A DNA stretch of 64,000 nt from Myxococcales bacterium (GTDB lineage: Bacteria; Myxococcota_A; Polyangia; Polyangiales; Polyangiaceae): assembly GCA_043747615.1 (NCBI GenBank), contig JAYTOU010000076.1, forward strand, positions 1-64,000, given 5' to 3'. Made by a program: the position numbers and the translations under genes. A model generated the notes under the pieces. It saw only the letters and a list, made by a program, of their open reading frames with translations, was not told the DNA's origin and searched no databases. Shown in pieces: positions 39,727 to 52,300 of the stretch (its first letter is position 1; each line of letters begins with the position of its first letter).

Positions 39727-40551
39727 TTGAAAATCCTCGTCCCCCTCAAGCGCGTCAGCGACCCCGACAACGCCAACAAAATCAAGATCAATGGCGGCAA
39801 GGTCGACACGACCGGCCTCGAGTGGAAGCCGAATCCCTTCGACGAGTACGCCGTCGAAACCGCCTTGCGCCTCACCGAAAATGGAACGAACCCAAAGGCT
39901 CGCCTGGGCGAGGTAGTGGTCGTCACTTTCGGAATCAAAGACGTGGAGATGACGCTTCGCGCTGCGCTCGCTACAGGCGCCGACCGCGCGATCCGGGTCG
40001 ATCTCACCGACGATCAGCTGGACGGCGATCTCGTCGCGCGCGCGCTCAAGGCCATCGTCGACAAGGAGAAGCCCGATCTCGTTCTTCTTGGCAAACAGTC
40101 AGTCGACGGCGACTCCAATCAGGTCGCGCAGCTCCTCGCCGAGTACCTTGGCTGGCCGCAAGCCACCTTCGCCGCCACGATCCGAAGCGAAGAGGACAAA
40201 GCGCTGCTCGTGGGTCGCGAGGTCGACGGTGGAACGCTCAACATTCGCGTCACCCTCCCCGCCGTCGTGTCCGTCGATCTTCGCATCGTCGCTCCGAAGA
40301 GCGTCACGTCCGTGCACACGCCCCCCACGCACGCCTACGCCGATGGGGTTCGCTTCGCGGCGCTCATGGCCATCATGGCCGCGAAAAAGAAGCCCCTCGT
40401 GGAGATGAAAATCGCCGAGCTGACGACCGACGTCGCGCCCAAGATCACATACTCGAACTTCGAAAAACCGCCGGCGCGCAAAGCGGGCGTGAAGGTCAAG
40501 ACGGTCCACGAACTGGTCCAGAAGCTGAAGACCGAAGCCAAGGTCTTGTAG
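39727..40551 (+). CDS. etfB: Electron transfer flavoprotein beta subunit
   Basis: MKILVPLKRV, NPFDEYAVE, LATGADRA, GKQSVDGD; AGGAG RBS and TTG start. Confidence 0.95.
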   Translation: MKILVPLKRVSDPDNANKIKINGGKVDTTGLEWKPNPFDEYAVETALRLTENGTNPKARLGEVVVVTFGIKDVEMTLRAALATGADRAIRVDLTDDQLDGDLVARALKAIVDKEKPDLVLLGKQSVDGDSNQVAQLLAEYLGWPQATFAATIRSEEDKALLVGREVDGGTLNIRVTLPAVVSVDLRIVAPKSVTSVHTPPTHAYADGVRFAALMAIMAAKKKPLVEMKIAELTTDVAPKITYSNFEKPPARKAGVKVKTVHELVQKLKTEAKVL

Positions 40552-40610
40552 GCGACGGCGATGGGATCACGCCGCACAATCTCGCGTAGCCTCGTTTAGG
40601 AGAAGAAGAC

Positions 40611-41579
40611 ATGAGCCACGTTCTCGTCATTGCCGAGCTTCTCGAAGGAAAAGTCCGAAAAGCAACCCACAGCGCCATCGCCTTCGCGCGCAAGGTTGCC
40701 GAGGCGGGGGGGGATTTCTCCATCCTCCTACTTGGCTCCGGAAGCATGGCTGCGGCCGCAGGCGTAGCAGGGTTTGGCGCCACTAAGCTGTTCGTCGCCG
40801 ACGACGCGTCGCTCAAAGATCCGCTCGCCGAGCGTTACGCGCCGGTGGTGGCCGAGGTCGCCAAGAAGGGATTCGACGTCGTGGTCGTTACGGCCAGCTC
40901 GTACGGCAAAGATCTCGCACCGCGCGTCGCAGCCAAGCTCGGCGCCGGCTATGCCCCGGACATCAGCGGCGTCGACACGACCGGCGGCAAGCTCGTCTTC
41001 AAGCGCCCGATGTACGCGGGGAACGCCTTCGGATTCTGCGAGATCAACACGCCCACCAAGGTGGTCAGCGTCCGGCAGAGCGAGTTCACGGCTGCCGAGC
41101 CGAGCGGCGGGGCGAGCCCCATTGAAGCGGTCGCGCTCCCTGCCACTGATCCGAGCGCAGCGCGCGTGCAGTTCGTCTCGCTCGATGCCGCGAAGAGTGA
41201 ACGCCCCGACCTCGGTGAAGCACGGGTCATCGTCTCCGGAGGTCGCGCGCTGAAGGAACGTTTTGCGGAGGTGCTCGATCCGCTCGCGAGCCTCCTCGGA
41301 GCCGCTCTTGGTGCGAGCCGAGCGGCGTGCGATGCGGGGTACGCCCCTCCCGAGCTGCAGGTCGGGCAGACGGGCCGTGTCGTTGCGCCCGCGCTCTACG
41401 TCGCGATCGGAATCTCCGGCGCCATCCAGCACCTCGCCGGCATGAAGAACTCGAAGACGATCGTCGCCGTCAACAAAGACCCTGAAGCCCCGATCTTCCA
41501 GGTGGCCGACTACGGCCTGGTGGCAGACCTCTTCGTCGCAATCCCCGAGCTGATCACGGAGCTCAAGAAAGCCGAGTAA
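40611..41579 (+). CDS. etfA: Electron transfer flavoprotein alpha subunit
   Basis: [51 protein letters not shown]. Confidence 0.96.
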   Translation: MSHVLVIAELLEGKVRKATHSAIAFARKVAEAGGDFSILLLGSGSMAAAAGVAGFGATKLFVADDASLKDPLAERYAPVVAEVAKKGFDVVVVTASSYGKDLAPRVAAKLGAGYAPDISGVDTTGGKLVFKRPMYAGNAFGFCEINTPTKVVSVRQSEFTAAEPSGGASPIEAVALPATDPSAARVQFVSLDAAKSERPDLGEARVIVSGGRALKERFAEVLDPLASLLGAALGASRAACDAGYAPPELQVGQTGRVVAPALYVAIGISGAIQHLAGMKNSKTIVAVNKDPEAPIFQVADYGLVADLFVAIPELITELKKAE

Positions 41580-41650
41580 CACGGGGCCGACGAGCCGAAA
41601 CTCATCGCTCCCCCTCGCATCCGCACGCGCGCTAGGCTAGCCGTAAGCTC

Positions 41651-43489
41651 GTGAGTTACCTCGTTCTCGCCCGAAAGTATCGACCGCAAAGCTTCGAGGA
41701 TCTCGTCGGCCAGGAGCACGTCGCCCGCACTCTCGCGAACGCCATTGCGTCCAACCGCGTGGCGCACGCATTCCTCTTCACTGGAGTACGCGGCGTCGGA
41801 AAAACCACGAGCGCGCGCCTCCTCGCCAAGTGCCTGAACTGCCTCGGCGCCGACGGCAAAGCCACCGGGCCCACGGCTACGCCTTGCCAAGTATGTGCAG
41901 CATGCAAGGAAGTCGCGGCAGGGAACGACATCGACGTCCAAGAGATCGACGGTGCCAGCTACAACGGCGTTGACGAGGTGAGGCGCCTCCAAGAGGGGCT
42001 CGCCTTCCGCCCTGCGCGCGACCGCTACAAAATCTACATCGTCGACGAAGTTCACATGCTGTCGAACGCCGCGTGGAACGCTTTTCTGAAGACGCTCGAG
42101 GAGCCGCCGCCGCACGTGAAGTTCATCTTCGCGACGACGGAAGTCCACAAGGTGCCGGTCACCATTCTCAGCCGCTGCCAACGCTACGACTTCAAGCTGA
42201 TCTCCACCCAGATGATCGCCAAGCGTCTCAAGGAGGTGCTCTCTCTCGAGAAGATCGTCGCCGACGACGTGGCCATCGCCGTCATTGCGCGGGAGGCTGC
42301 GGGATCCATGCGCGACGCGATGAGCCTGCTCGATCAGGTGATCGCCTTCAGCGGAGACAAGCTCTCCGGCGCGGACGTCACGCGTGTCCTCGGGGTCGCC
42401 GATCGAAAGATCTTGCACGACCTTGCGTCGGCGCTCGTGAGCGGAGACGCCGCGACGGCGCTGAAGATCGTCGATGGTCTCGCGCAACAGGGGTTCGATC
42501 TTCCGCACGTGGCGCGCGACATTCTTGGGCACCTCCGAAATCTGGTGGTGGCCAAAGTGTGCGGCGAGTCAGGAACAGAACTCCTCGACCTGGCCGACGA
42601 AGAAACGGGAGACGTGCTCGCGCTCGCCAAGACGAGCGACACCGATGACCTCACCCGCCTTTACCAGGGTTTTTCGCGGGGCTTCGACGAGATCGTACGC
42701 AGCGGTCAACCGCGCACCGCGCTCGAGATGATGCTGGTGCGCCTCGCCCGTCGTCCTCCGCTTCTTCCGCTGGACGAGCTCTTGAGCCGTCTCGGAGACC
42801 TCGAGAAGCGGCTCGGCGGCGCGCCCCCTTCCCCTCCCCGCGGCAGTGGAGGCGGACCAAACGTCGGCGGAGGTGGTGGTGGCAGCCGTGCTCCCCAGAC
42901 GCCGTCGCCATCGAGGTCGGCGGAGCGCACCCACGGCTCCCTCGCGCTCGCGCCGAGTCTGGACGAGACGCCGAAGCCATCGTCGGCGACGCTGCCGAAG
43001 CCGCGGCCGATCCCCCCGCCTCCTCCGGTGCTCTCACCGATCTCGGTGCGAGCGTCGGCGCCTCCGTCGAGCGCAGGCGGGAGAGTCGATGGTGACGCGT
43101 GGCGGGCGATCCTCGAACGCGTTGGGGTCGCACGGCCATCGCTCTTTGCGGTTCTGCACCATGCCGTCCCCATGCAGGTGAACGCAGAGAACGTCGTCCT
43201 CGCCTACGACGCGCAGGATCTTCTCGCGTCACAAGCCACGGACGCCGAGGCGCTCGATCTGCTCACCCGCGAGGTGCGCGCACATTTCGGGACGGCGACG
43301 AACGTCGCGCTCGATTTATCTACGCGCTCGCTCGCCGGAATGAACACCGTGGCTCGCGAGGAAGCCGGAAAGAAGAGGCTGGAGCTCGCGGCGGCGCGTG
43401 AGCTCGTGCAAAATCATCCGCTGGTGCGGGAAGCTATTTCTCTTTTCGGCGCCGAGCTCCGCGAGGTACGTCTCCCGGGCGAAGAGTGA
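41651..43489 (+). CDS. dnaX: DNA polymerase III subunit gamma/tau
   Basis: YLVLARKYRPQ, GVRGVGKTT, DEVHMLS, KTLEEPP, TILSRC, GSMRDA; followed by ybaB-recR. Confidence 0.97.
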   Translation: MSYLVLARKYRPQSFEDLVGQEHVARTLANAIASNRVAHAFLFTGVRGVGKTTSARLLAKCLNCLGADGKATGPTATPCQVCAACKEVAAGNDIDVQEIDGASYNGVDEVRRLQEGLAFRPARDRYKIYIVDEVHMLSNAAWNAFLKTLEEPPPHVKFIFATTEVHKVPVTILSRCQRYDFKLISTQMIAKRLKEVLSLEKIVADDVAIAVIAREAAGSMRDAMSLLDQVIAFSGDKLSGADVTRVLGVADRKILHDLASALVSGDAATALKIVDGLAQQGFDLPHVARDILGHLRNLVVAKVCGESGTELLDLADEETGDVLALAKTSDTDDLTRLYQGFSRGFDEIVRSGQPRTALEMMLVRLARRPPLLPLDELLSRLGDLEKRLGGAPPSPPRGSGGGPNVGGGGGGSRAPQTPSPSRSAERTHGSLALAPSLDETPKPSSATLPKPRPIPPPPPVLSPISVRASAPPSSAGGRVDGDAWRAILERVGVARPSLFAVLHHAVPMQVNAENVVLAYDAQDLLASQATDAEALDLLTREVRAHFGTATNVALDLSTRSLAGMNTVAREEAGKKRLELAAARELVQNHPLVREAISLFGAELREVRLPGEE

Positions 43490-43516
43490 TAACACCGACC
43501 CAAAGGTAAAAAGGTC

Positions 43517-43837
43517 ATGAATTTCCGTGGCGGAATGAACGAGCTGATGCGCCAGGCAGCGCGCATTCAGCGAAAGATCGAGCTGGCCAAGGCCACTCTG
43601 AAGGACAAAGAGCTCACGGCTTCGGCGGTGGGCGACAAGGTCAAGGTCACCGTGACGCTTGGTCGCAAGGTCACGCGCATCGACATCGACCCTGAGTTCT
43701 TGAAGAGCGAGGGGATCGAGCTCGCGCTCGACGGGGCGTGCGCCGCGGTGAACTCAGCGCTCGAGCAAGCCGACAAAGAGATGGAAGCGGAGCTCGAGAA
43801 GGTGACTGGCGGAGTAAAAATTCCCGGCGTCGTCTGA
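43517..43837 (+). CDS. ybaB: YbaB/EbfC nucleoid-associated protein
   Basis: MNELMRQAARIQ, VKVTV, IDIDPE, AAVNSAL; between dnaX and recR. Confidence 0.9.
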   Translation: MNFRGGMNELMRQAARIQRKIELAKATLKDKELTASAVGDKVKVTVTLGRKVTRIDIDPEFLKSEGIELALDGACAAVNSALEQADKEMEAELEKVTGGVKIPGVV

Positions 43838-43850
43838 GGCCGCCCAAGCC

Positions 43851-44462
43851 GTGATTTCTCCCCGCGTCAAACGGCTGACTTCGCTCTTGTCACGCCTGCC
43901 GGGCGTCGGCGAGAAGACGGCGCAGCGCTACCTTCTCTTCCTCCTCACGGCGGACGGTGGGTTGCCGCAAGAAATCGGGCGCGAGCTGATCGAGCTACGC
44001 GATCACCTGCGGCCGTGCGTGCGGTGCAGCAACATCGCCGAGATCTCAAGCGCCGACGACGAAGCGCTCTGCACCATCTGCGCCGATTTGAAGCGTGATC
44101 CATCGCTTCTCTGCGTCGTCGGGCGGGTGCACGATCTTCTGGCGATCGAGCGCGCGGGGGCCATGCGTGGCCGCTATTTCGTCTTGGGAAAACTTCTCTC
44201 CCCGCTCGAAGGCGTCGGCCCGGAGCAGCTTCCGATCCCCCAACTCTTGGCGCGCATCCGCGCCGACAACGTGACGGAAGTCATCGTGGCGACGCCGCCG
44301 AGCGTGGACGGCGAGGCCACCGGGCTGCTCCTCAAGCGCGAGCTCGAGCCGCTCGGCATCACGCTCTCACGCATCGCCAGCGGCGTTCCCCACGGCGGAG
44401 ACCTAGAGTTCGCTGACCCGATCACGATGAGCCGCGCCTTCAGCGGTAGGCAGAAGCTGTGA
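43851..44462 (+). CDS. recR: Recombination mediator RecR
   Basis: LPGVGEKTAQR, C4 zinc finger, LSPLEGVGP, DGEAT, RIASGVPHGGDLEFAD. Confidence 0.95.
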   Translation: MISPRVKRLTSLLSRLPGVGEKTAQRYLLFLLTADGGLPQEIGRELIELRDHLRPCVRCSNIAEISSADDEALCTICADLKRDPSLLCVVGRVHDLLAIERAGAMRGRYFVLGKLLSPLEGVGPEQLPIPQLLARIRADNVTEVIVATPPSVDGEATGLLLKRELEPLGITLSRIASGVPHGGDLEFADPITMSRAFSGRQKL

Positions 44463-44481
44463 CTTGCTCTAGAGAAAGCCA

Positions 44482-44859
44482 ATGAAAGCGATCACGACCA
44501 CCTCCGCACCCGCAGCCATCGGCCCCTACTCCCAGGCGGTACGTGTTTCGAATTTCGTCTTCCTCAGCGGGCAAATTCCGCTCGATCCGAGCACCGGCAA
44601 AATGGTGAGCGGTGGGATTGCGGAAGAGACCACGCGCGTGATGGCGAACCTGGGCGCGGTCCTCGCGGCGGCGGGGCTCACCTTCGCCAACGTCGTGAAG
44701 ACCACCATCTATCTCACGGACCTGGCCGATTTTCAGGTCGTCAACGACACCTACGCGAAGGCGTTCACCGGCACCCCGCCCGCACGCGCGACCGTGCAAG
44801 TCTCCGCTCTACCGCGGGGTGCCAGGGTGGAGATCGACGCGATCGCCGTCGAGCTCTGA
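44482..44859 (+). CDS. ridA: RidA family reactive intermediate deaminase
   Basis: APAAIGPYSQA, SGQIP, VVKTTIYL, PARATVQV, VEIDAIA. Confidence 0.93.
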   Translation: MKAITTTSAPAAIGPYSQAVRVSNFVFLSGQIPLDPSTGKMVSGGIAEETTRVMANLGAVLAAAGLTFANVVKTTIYLTDLADFQVVNDTYAKAFTGTPPARATVQVSALPRGARVEIDAIAVEL

Positions 44860-44883
44860 GCTACGCCATCTACCGCTGCGCGG

Positions 44884-45648
44884 TCACTGCGATTTTAGAT
44901 TTAGGCCGAAGCTCGAGTCGGCTTTGATGCTCGCGGCGGAGGCTGCGCTTCCCGCGTTGCGCGTCTTGCTCATTGCCGTCACGTCCGAGAACCCGGTGAT
45001 CTTGATCGGGCTTCCTGTGAGCGACAGCGAGTCGGCAGCAAAATCCGCGGGGAGCGAGAGATTGATGTCTCCGAGACTGGCGACGACCGAGATCGTCGAG
45101 CCCTTGGTCGGTGCGACGGACACGGTGGGATCGTTGCCCGTGATGTCTGCACCGCCGACGAGGCCGGTCGCGCTGATCGCTCCATTTTCGGCGTGGGCCG
45201 TCACTTTCACCGCGGCCGCCGCGCTCCCCGAAGGGACCTTCACGGTGAAGCCATCGCAACCCGTCGTGCTGGTTCCCGACGTGCCGACCTTCGACGAGGC
45301 CTGCGCGCATTTCACGGTGATGGTGCTCGCGCTTTCGTCGATGGTGATCGACTGCGCTACCTGACCGATGGTGGCCATGGCGTCGGCCTCGTGGCTGCTG
45401 TCATCCGCCCATGACACGGGCGTGGCGGTCACCGTGATCTTGGTGAGCGACGGATCCCCCACGACGGTCACGTCTCCGTTGGCGTTGTTGATGACGATCG
45501 CCTGGTTCGTCCAGTCTGCCGCCGCGGTCTTGATGACGGACGTGCCCTGGAATTTTTTCTGCGGCTTGAAGGTGATCGAGTTTGGCGTCGTAGAGATACT
45601 GCAGGCCGCAAGGACAAATGAAGAAAGCAAAATGAACGACGTTCGCAT
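44884..45648 (-). CDS. Lipoprotein with putative adhesin (DUF4097-like) beta-strand repeats
   Basis: VLAAC lipobox; INNANGDVTV, HAENGAIS, ASLGDINLSLP. Confidence 0.7.
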   Translation of the reverse strand: MRTSFILLSSFVLAACSISTTPNSITFKPQKKFQGTSVIKTAAADWTNQAIVINNANGDVTVVGDPSLTKITVTATPVSWADDSSHEADAMATIGQVAQSITIDESASTITVKCAQASSKVGTSGTSTTGCDGFTVKVPSGSAAAAVKVTAHAENGAISATGLVGGADITGNDPTVSVAPTKGSTISVVASLGDINLSLPADFAADSLSLTGSPIKITGFSDVTAMSKTRNAGSAASAASIKADSSFGLNLKSQ

Positions 45649-45694
45649 GGCACGATCTCCTATTTGCATTGGACGCACGCGTTCACTTTTCGAT

Positions 45695-46300
45695 TCAACG
45701 GACCGATGAATGCGCGTTCGCGCTGCAAATGGCCTCTTCCAGGCGAATGCGCGCATCCGCCGCGGACGGGTCGATGGGCGCCGCGAAGGCGACGACCACC
45801 GTACTGAACGGCCGAGGGAGCGCGAATCTGTCCCACGCCCGCTGCGCAACCCACCCCCTTCGCACGCAGCTCCCCATCGGCACGAGGAGCGCTCCCGACG
45901 CGCGTGCAGCCGCGATCGCCCCTTCTTTCACGATTCCGTAGGGACCGCGCGGACCATCCACGGCGAATGCCGCATCGGCCCCGTGACGGCGCATCTGACG
46001 AATGATTGCAGCGAGTCCTCGCGCTCCGCCACGCGAGCTCGAGCCGCGCACCACGTCGATCCCTTGGCAGCGGAGCGCCGAAGCTTGCATGGTTCCGTCC
46101 GCCGAATGACTTACGAGAGCGACGGTGCGACGACGACGACGCCACGCGAGCAGCGAAAATTGTGTGCCGTGAAGGAAGCACAGCACCCAGGGCCTGTCGC
46201 CTGGTGCGCCGAGCTGGTCCACTCCGCGAAGTTCGACCTTGAGCGTCGCGAGCCAGAGACGCGCGATGAGCCCCAGGAGAATCCCCACGAGCGACCGCAC
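45695..46300 (-). CDS. DUF374 / lysophospholipid acyltransferase-family protein
   Basis: CFLHG, LVSHSADG, VRGSSSRGG, AVDGPRGP, WDRFALPRPF. Confidence 0.85.
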   Translation of the reverse strand: MRSLVGILLGLIARLWLATLKVELRGVDQLGAPGDRPWVLCFLHGTQFSLLAWRRRRRTVALVSHSADGTMQASALRCQGIDVVRGSSSRGGARGLAAIIRQMRRHGADAAFAVDGPRGPYGIVKEGAIAAARASGALLVPMGSCVRRGWVAQRAWDRFALPRPFSTVVVAFAAPIDPSAADARIRLEEAICSANAHSSVR

Positions 46301-46308
46301 CGCCCGAG

Positions 46309-49300
46309 CTAGCCTTTGAGCTCGATCAGCTTCGCTTTGGCGCGATCGAGGGAGGGCTCGTTTTCAATCGCCCGCTCGAGCATCTGCACCGCTTTCACCT
46401 TGTCACCCTGCTTAGCGCTGATTTCGCCGAGGTAGAAGAACACTTCGCCTTTCGAAATTCCGATGCTCGGATCGAGGCGCTGGAGCAGGAGCGCGCGAAA
46501 CGTCTTCTGCGCGCGATCGAGATCGTTGGTCTCGAGGGCAAGTACGCCGAGATCCTTGAGCACGGAGACCGACCCAGGATCAATCTTGAACGCGAGATCG
46601 AACTGGGCGAGGGCAACGTCCTTGTCTCCGAGCGAGGCGAGCGTGCGGCCGAGACGGTGGTGGTAGATCGAGAGTTCCTTCGTGCGCTTGGCGCCGAACG
46701 AGGCGATCACTTTCTCCAGAACTTGCGCCGCGTCGCGCTCCCGATGGGACGCCGTGTACGCGTCGCAAAGTAGGAGTAGCAGCTCGCGATCCTTGGGAAC
46801 GAGCAAGCTGGCGCGCTCGAGCAGCGGCACGGCCTCCGCAGGCGACGTCCGGTCATTGAGGTGAATCTCGGCAGCCCGCCGAAGCAGGCGCACGATCTCC
46901 GCCACATGAACGGTCGGCGGCTCGAGCGGGGGCATGGACACTGGACGCATCGAAACGCGGGCGCCTACCACTTGAGCCGGAACAGCGATCGTCACGGGCA
47001 GCTCCCCCGCCTCCGGGTGCTCCTTCAGCACGAGGTCCGCATCGCTGACGAGCAGCGTTGCAAGCTCGGCGTAGTTCTTCGTGCGCTCAAAGAGATCTCG
47101 AAGTTGGTCTCGTGCCGCTGCGTTCGTCGGATCGATCTCGAGAGCGTGACGAAGGGCGCTCTCAACGCCGGCTCCGTCTCCGGTTCGCGACCGCGCCGAC
47201 GCGAGACGGAGTGCGAGCGCCACGCCTGCAGGTCCGCCTTCGACCGCCAGTTTGAGGAGCGTCGCGAGCGCCGTCGCCGCGCGCGCCCAGTCGTCGCGGC
47301 TCTCGGCAAGGCGGGCTACAGCCTCGAGAGCGCCAACGTGATTGGGCTCACGCTCGAGCACGGACTCGTAAGTCGCGAGCGCGCGCGGTGTGGTCTTGAG
47401 CCGGTTTTCGAAGACATCGCCCAGGCGCACTTGAAGGGTGAGCTCGCTCGATGCATCGCCGCGCTCACGGGCGCGCTCGATCTGAGAGCTCAGCAGCTCC
47501 GCAAGATCTTCGTCGTGACCGCCCTTCTCGAGCAGCTGGGACAGCGCGGCAACCGCGCCCGCGTGCGTGGGATCCTCGTCCAGAATCGCTCGCAGCGTGA
47601 TGACCGCATCGCTCGGCGAATCGAGGGAATCCTGGAGCTTTGCGAGATCGACTCGTATCTCGGCGCGGGCGGCTGGGGTGCTCGCGTTATCGATCAACAC
47701 CTCGAGGAGCTTGGCCAGGTCGTGGCTGCGGCCCTCTTGTTCGTAGAGCTGTCGCAGACGCGCAGAAGCAACGGCGTCCGATCGGTCTCCTTCGAAGAGC
47801 TCTTGGTACAAAGTGACGGCGCGCGGGAGGTCGGCCAGCTGCTCGGTGACCACCTTCGCTGCTCGGTGTTTCAGCTGGGCGATCTTTTTCTCGTCACTCT
47901 CCAGCTCTGCGCGCCGAAGGAGGAGGGTGACCACCTCGGCGTGATCGCCCGCGAGGTCCCGAAGGCGCGTGAGATCGTCGACGGCCCACGTGTCTGCTTC
48001 GTCCTCGCGAAGGAGCTCCCGCAGCACCGACTCGGCAAGCGCAAGGTCGATCACGGTGACTTCGGCCAGAGTCTTGGCCTCCTTGAGAATCTCTCGCTTC
48101 GTCTCGAGGGAGCTCTCGAGCCTGACCCGCGCACGGAGCGTCATGATCAGCTCACGCTCACGGCCTGGCGCTCGCCGCAGATCTTCCAGCGAACGCAAGA
48201 TCTCGCCATTTTCCGGGTCGGTCGCGAGCGCCTGCACGAACGCGTCTTCGGCGCTCCGTGCATCCTGGAGCTTGTCACGCCGCCACGTGCCAAGGCGGAT
48301 CCACAGCTCTGCACGGATCCCGCTCGAGTGGTCGAAGGCTACTCCGAGCGAGGAGGCAAGAACGTCGGCGGCTTCGCGCCAACCGTTGGTGAGCGCTGCA
48401 AGACGCTCGATCTCGCCGAGAGCATCCGCGTCCGATGGGTCTTCTGTGATCGATGCCTCGAGCACCCGCTGCGCACGCTCCGGGGCGTGAGCTTGCTCTT
48501 CGAGGACCCGAGCGAGATCCAGTCGCGCCCGAGCGCGATCGCGAACTTCCGCTGCGCGTGCGACGCGCCGTTCGTAGAGTGCCGCAAGTTCTTCGCTTTG
48601 ACCGAGCGCGCGGTACACGCCCTCGAGCGCATCGAACGCTTCGTCAAAGAAAGGAGCGTCCTCAAGCAGCTTGTGGAGGGCCGCGCGGCTCGGGCCGTGA
48701 GTAGGCACGCGCTCGACGGCGAGGCGGAGCGTGGCGAGCCCCTGACCTTTCTGCTCGAACTCGTTGATCTGAAGGCTCGCCAGGCGATGATAGAGATCCG
48801 CCTGTTGGGCCACGTCGGACTCGACGGCGACACGCCGCTCGATGACGTCGGCAAGAGCACGCGTGTCTCCGAGCCTGCCCAGGAGGCGATCGAGAGCGGT
48901 GAGAACAACCTCGGTGTCCCCGGATTGTTCGCCCGCGGAAACATACGCCTTCGCCGCGCGCGCGTCGTCTTTCAGCTTCTCCTCGGCGATGCGGCCGAGG
49001 CGAACGTAAAGGTCGGTCGTGACAGCCGGGTCGAGGATCGCCGCCGCTCTTTCGGCGAGCGCGTCGGCGTAGCGCAGGAACCCTTCGGCACCAACTGACT
49101 CTGCGAGACGTTCGATTTCTGCATGGAGCGCGGACGAGCTGGGCTCCTCGGCGAGCGCTCGGAGGAGCGCGTTTTCGGCGCGTCTTAGGTCCTTGAGCGA
49201 GGCCTCGCACACCGTCGCGATTGAGTGAAGCGTTGCCGCCCGCTCGGTCGGGTCCGTCTGGGCTCGCAAGCGCATCTCAAGAACCGCAACCAGTTCCTCG

Positions 49301-52300
49301 AAGCGAGAGGCGGACCGAAGCACCGGCTCGAGGGCGTCGGCTGCTTCGGCGCGGAGCTCGTCGCGCGCGTCACCTAGCTCTCGAATGGCGGTCGCCGTCT
49401 CCTCGTCGTAGCCGCCGTCGAGCACTTCGCGGTAGGCAACGAGCGCCTGCCGCGGATCCTCGAGCTCCTTCGCGAGAAGCGCGCCAATGCGCTTGCGGAG
49501 CGCACGCTTTGCCTCGACGTCGGTGGCGGCGGCGCTTTCCTGGCGCATATTTTCGAGGAGCTCCGGCCACATCTGCTCCGCGGTGAAGAGAACGTCGAGG
49601 CGCTTCATCACCTCGGGATCTCCCGGCTTCACGGCGAGCGCGTCCGTGAGAAGATGAATGGCCTCGCGCCTGTCGCTGAGCCCGAGTTCATGGCGATTCG
49701 CGGCATCCATGAGGAGCTGGTACTTCAGCCCCTGGTCGTCCTCACCGCACAGTTCGATCCGCCGGCGGTAGAGCTCGACGAGCCGCGCAGCATCGTCCTT
49801 CTCCTCGTGGAGGCTGATGAGATTGTCGAGCGTAAAGGCGCTGGCCGGCTCGATCTCGAGCGCTCGCTCATAGGCCTCGATGGCCCCCGCCGAGTCTTCC
49901 AGCATGTCGCGCCGCGCTTCGCCGATCCGCCGCCACGTGCTCGCGCGTTCCTCGTCGTTCGCGGTGAGCTCAGCGCGCTTGGCCAGCACGCGCACCAGCG
50001 TCGGCCAGTCGGAGAGGAGCGTGGCCAGGGAATCCATCTCCTCGAGGGGAACGAGATCCGTCTCGTCGAGCTTGAAGAGGCGATCCCAGGCGTTGAGCGA
50101 GCTTCGTGGGTCGTCGCGCTTGGAGTCGTGGAGCCGCGCGAGGGCGCCGAGGAGCTCGCGCTGTCCGATGCCTTCCGTTTTGACGATCGCGCTCTCGTAA
50201 GCGTCGGCGAGATCGTCCCAGCGCTTGCTGACGGCGCCTAGCCGCTCGAGCTCACCGCGCGTATCGCCGTCGTCCGGGTCTAGCACGAAGCCACTCTTGA
50301 CCGCATCGAAGGCCTTGTTCGTGTCCTTGCCGCGCTCTTCCCAGAGGCGCGCGCTCTCCCGCAGGATCGCGACTTTTTCCCCCACGTCGCTAGTGAGGTC
50401 GAGGCGCTCCGCGTTGACCGAGACGAGGTGTCGCCAGTCGTCCGTGCTCTCGTAGATCGGCCGCAGGATCTCGACGATGCGCGCCTTGTGGTCCGGCGCG
50501 CGCAGGAGGGCCTCGAGGGCATTTACTGCCGCCGCGCCCGAGGCGTCCGTCGGCGAAAGATGGACAACGGTCTGGTATTCGTCGATCGCTCCCGACGCGT
50601 CGCCGAGCTTGTTTTCAAGGATCTTTCCGAGCTCGAGCCGGTACTTGGCTTCGTCCTCCGGCAGCGCCGTCTGCTCTGCGCGGCGGCGAGTGAGCTCGGA
50701 GAGATCCTGCCAGCGCTCGCGGCGCGCGTAGAGGCGAGCGAGCGCTTCGAGCGCGTGTGGATCAGTCTCGTCGATTTCGAGAGCGGCGCGGTGAGTCTCG
50801 ATCGCCGCGTCGTCGTCGTGGATCTCGGCTTCCTCGAGAAGAGCAATGGTGTGCAGGGTGGCGAGCCGCACCGCGGGATCGTCGCGGTACTCGAGCGCTT
50901 GACGGTAGAGCGCTACGCGATCTAACGGGCGGCCCGACTCGCGAAGGAGGCGGTCGATGGCCTGGAACGATCCGTCGTCCTCGTCCGGGGCGAAGGCATG
51001 CGCGCGGCGATAGAAATGAAGTGCGCGATCGACGTTCTTCTGCGCCTCGTAGATTTCTCCGGTGCGCTTCGCGAGCTTCGCTGTCGCCGGCTCGTCCGCG
51101 GTGATCTTCTCGAGCTCCGCAGCAAAGATCTCGGCCAGGCGAGCCTCGGCATTTGCCACGCGCGCCAAGCGTTCGAGCTCCGCCCACGTCGGTTCGTCGG
51201 TGGAGTCCTCGGCGAGCAGCTTGGCGATCGTCTCGAGGGCCGCGAGGTAGTTCTCTTCTTGTTCTTCGTGAAGCTTCGCCAGGCGGCGAAGGAGCGTGCG
51301 CCGCTCGTCGGGGTCTTCGCTTCCGACCAGGCGCGCTTCGAGGGTCGCCATGACCCGTCGCCAATCGAGACGAGCGAGGTAGACCCCTTCGAGCATCTCC
51401 GCGGCTTGCGAGGCGTGCGCGGGCACCGCCATCAATCGCTCGAGCGCCGCGACCGTCGCCGCGTGCTGGGTGTCGAGCTTGAGCGCCGCCTCGAATTCGT
51501 CGAACGCGCGCTCCGTGTCGTTCAAGCTCCCTTCGAGAACCGCCCCGACCTTGTAATGAAGGCCCGCTTTGCGCTCCGCGTTCGTCTCGATGCCGATCTG
51601 ACGCTCGTAGAGCGTAAGGAGATCCGGCGAGCGTTCGGTCGAGGTGTAGAGACGTTCGAGAGCCGCGAACGCTTGATCGTCGGGGCCGATTTCTAAAATC
51701 TGCTCGTAGACTTCGATGGCGCCCGCGGGGTCTTTCATCGTCTCGTCGGAAAGACGCGCATCCTTGAAGAGGATTCGCTTTCGATCTTCATCCCCGCCCG
51801 CAGCCTCCGCGCGACGCTTGAGAATATCGTGGAGCGCGGATGCGTCTCCCGTCTCTTCGTAGAGCGACTCGAGGGACTCGAGCGCGCGGTGGTCGTCAGC
51901 CCGAAGCTCGAGCGCCTTCACGTAGTAGGTGCGCGCTGCGACGAGATCGCTCAAGCGCGTACGGGCGAGAGCGGCGACCTTCAAGGTAACGTCGAGCTGC
52001 TGATCGCCATCGGTGATGTCGGGGACCACGGTGCGAAGGAGCTCGAAGAGCTCGGAGTACTTGTCGGTGACGGAGGCCAAGCCCTCGGTGCGCTCGAGCC
52101 ATTTCGGAAACTCGGCCTCGGGTGCCGACTCGCGTAGGGCACGCGCGGCATAGGCAAATGCGCGCGCCGGATCTTTGAGCCCATGCTCCGCCACGTCCAC
52201 GGCTTGCCCGAAAATTTCGAGCTTCGCGTCGACGGTCTCCGCGTACTGCGCCTCGATGTCGAGCACCCGGAGCAGACGGGTGTGCTGACCGTCCGATTCG

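Noticed and set aside
41580..41650. Possible SRP RNA (ffs) upstream of dnaX
   Set aside because: Only about 70 bp with an imperfect hairpin; lacks the conserved CAGG..GGAA..AGCAG domain IV motif.
41651..43489. Programmed frameshift producing the gamma subunit
   Set aside because: No A-AAA-AAG or long A-run slippery site seen in the gene.
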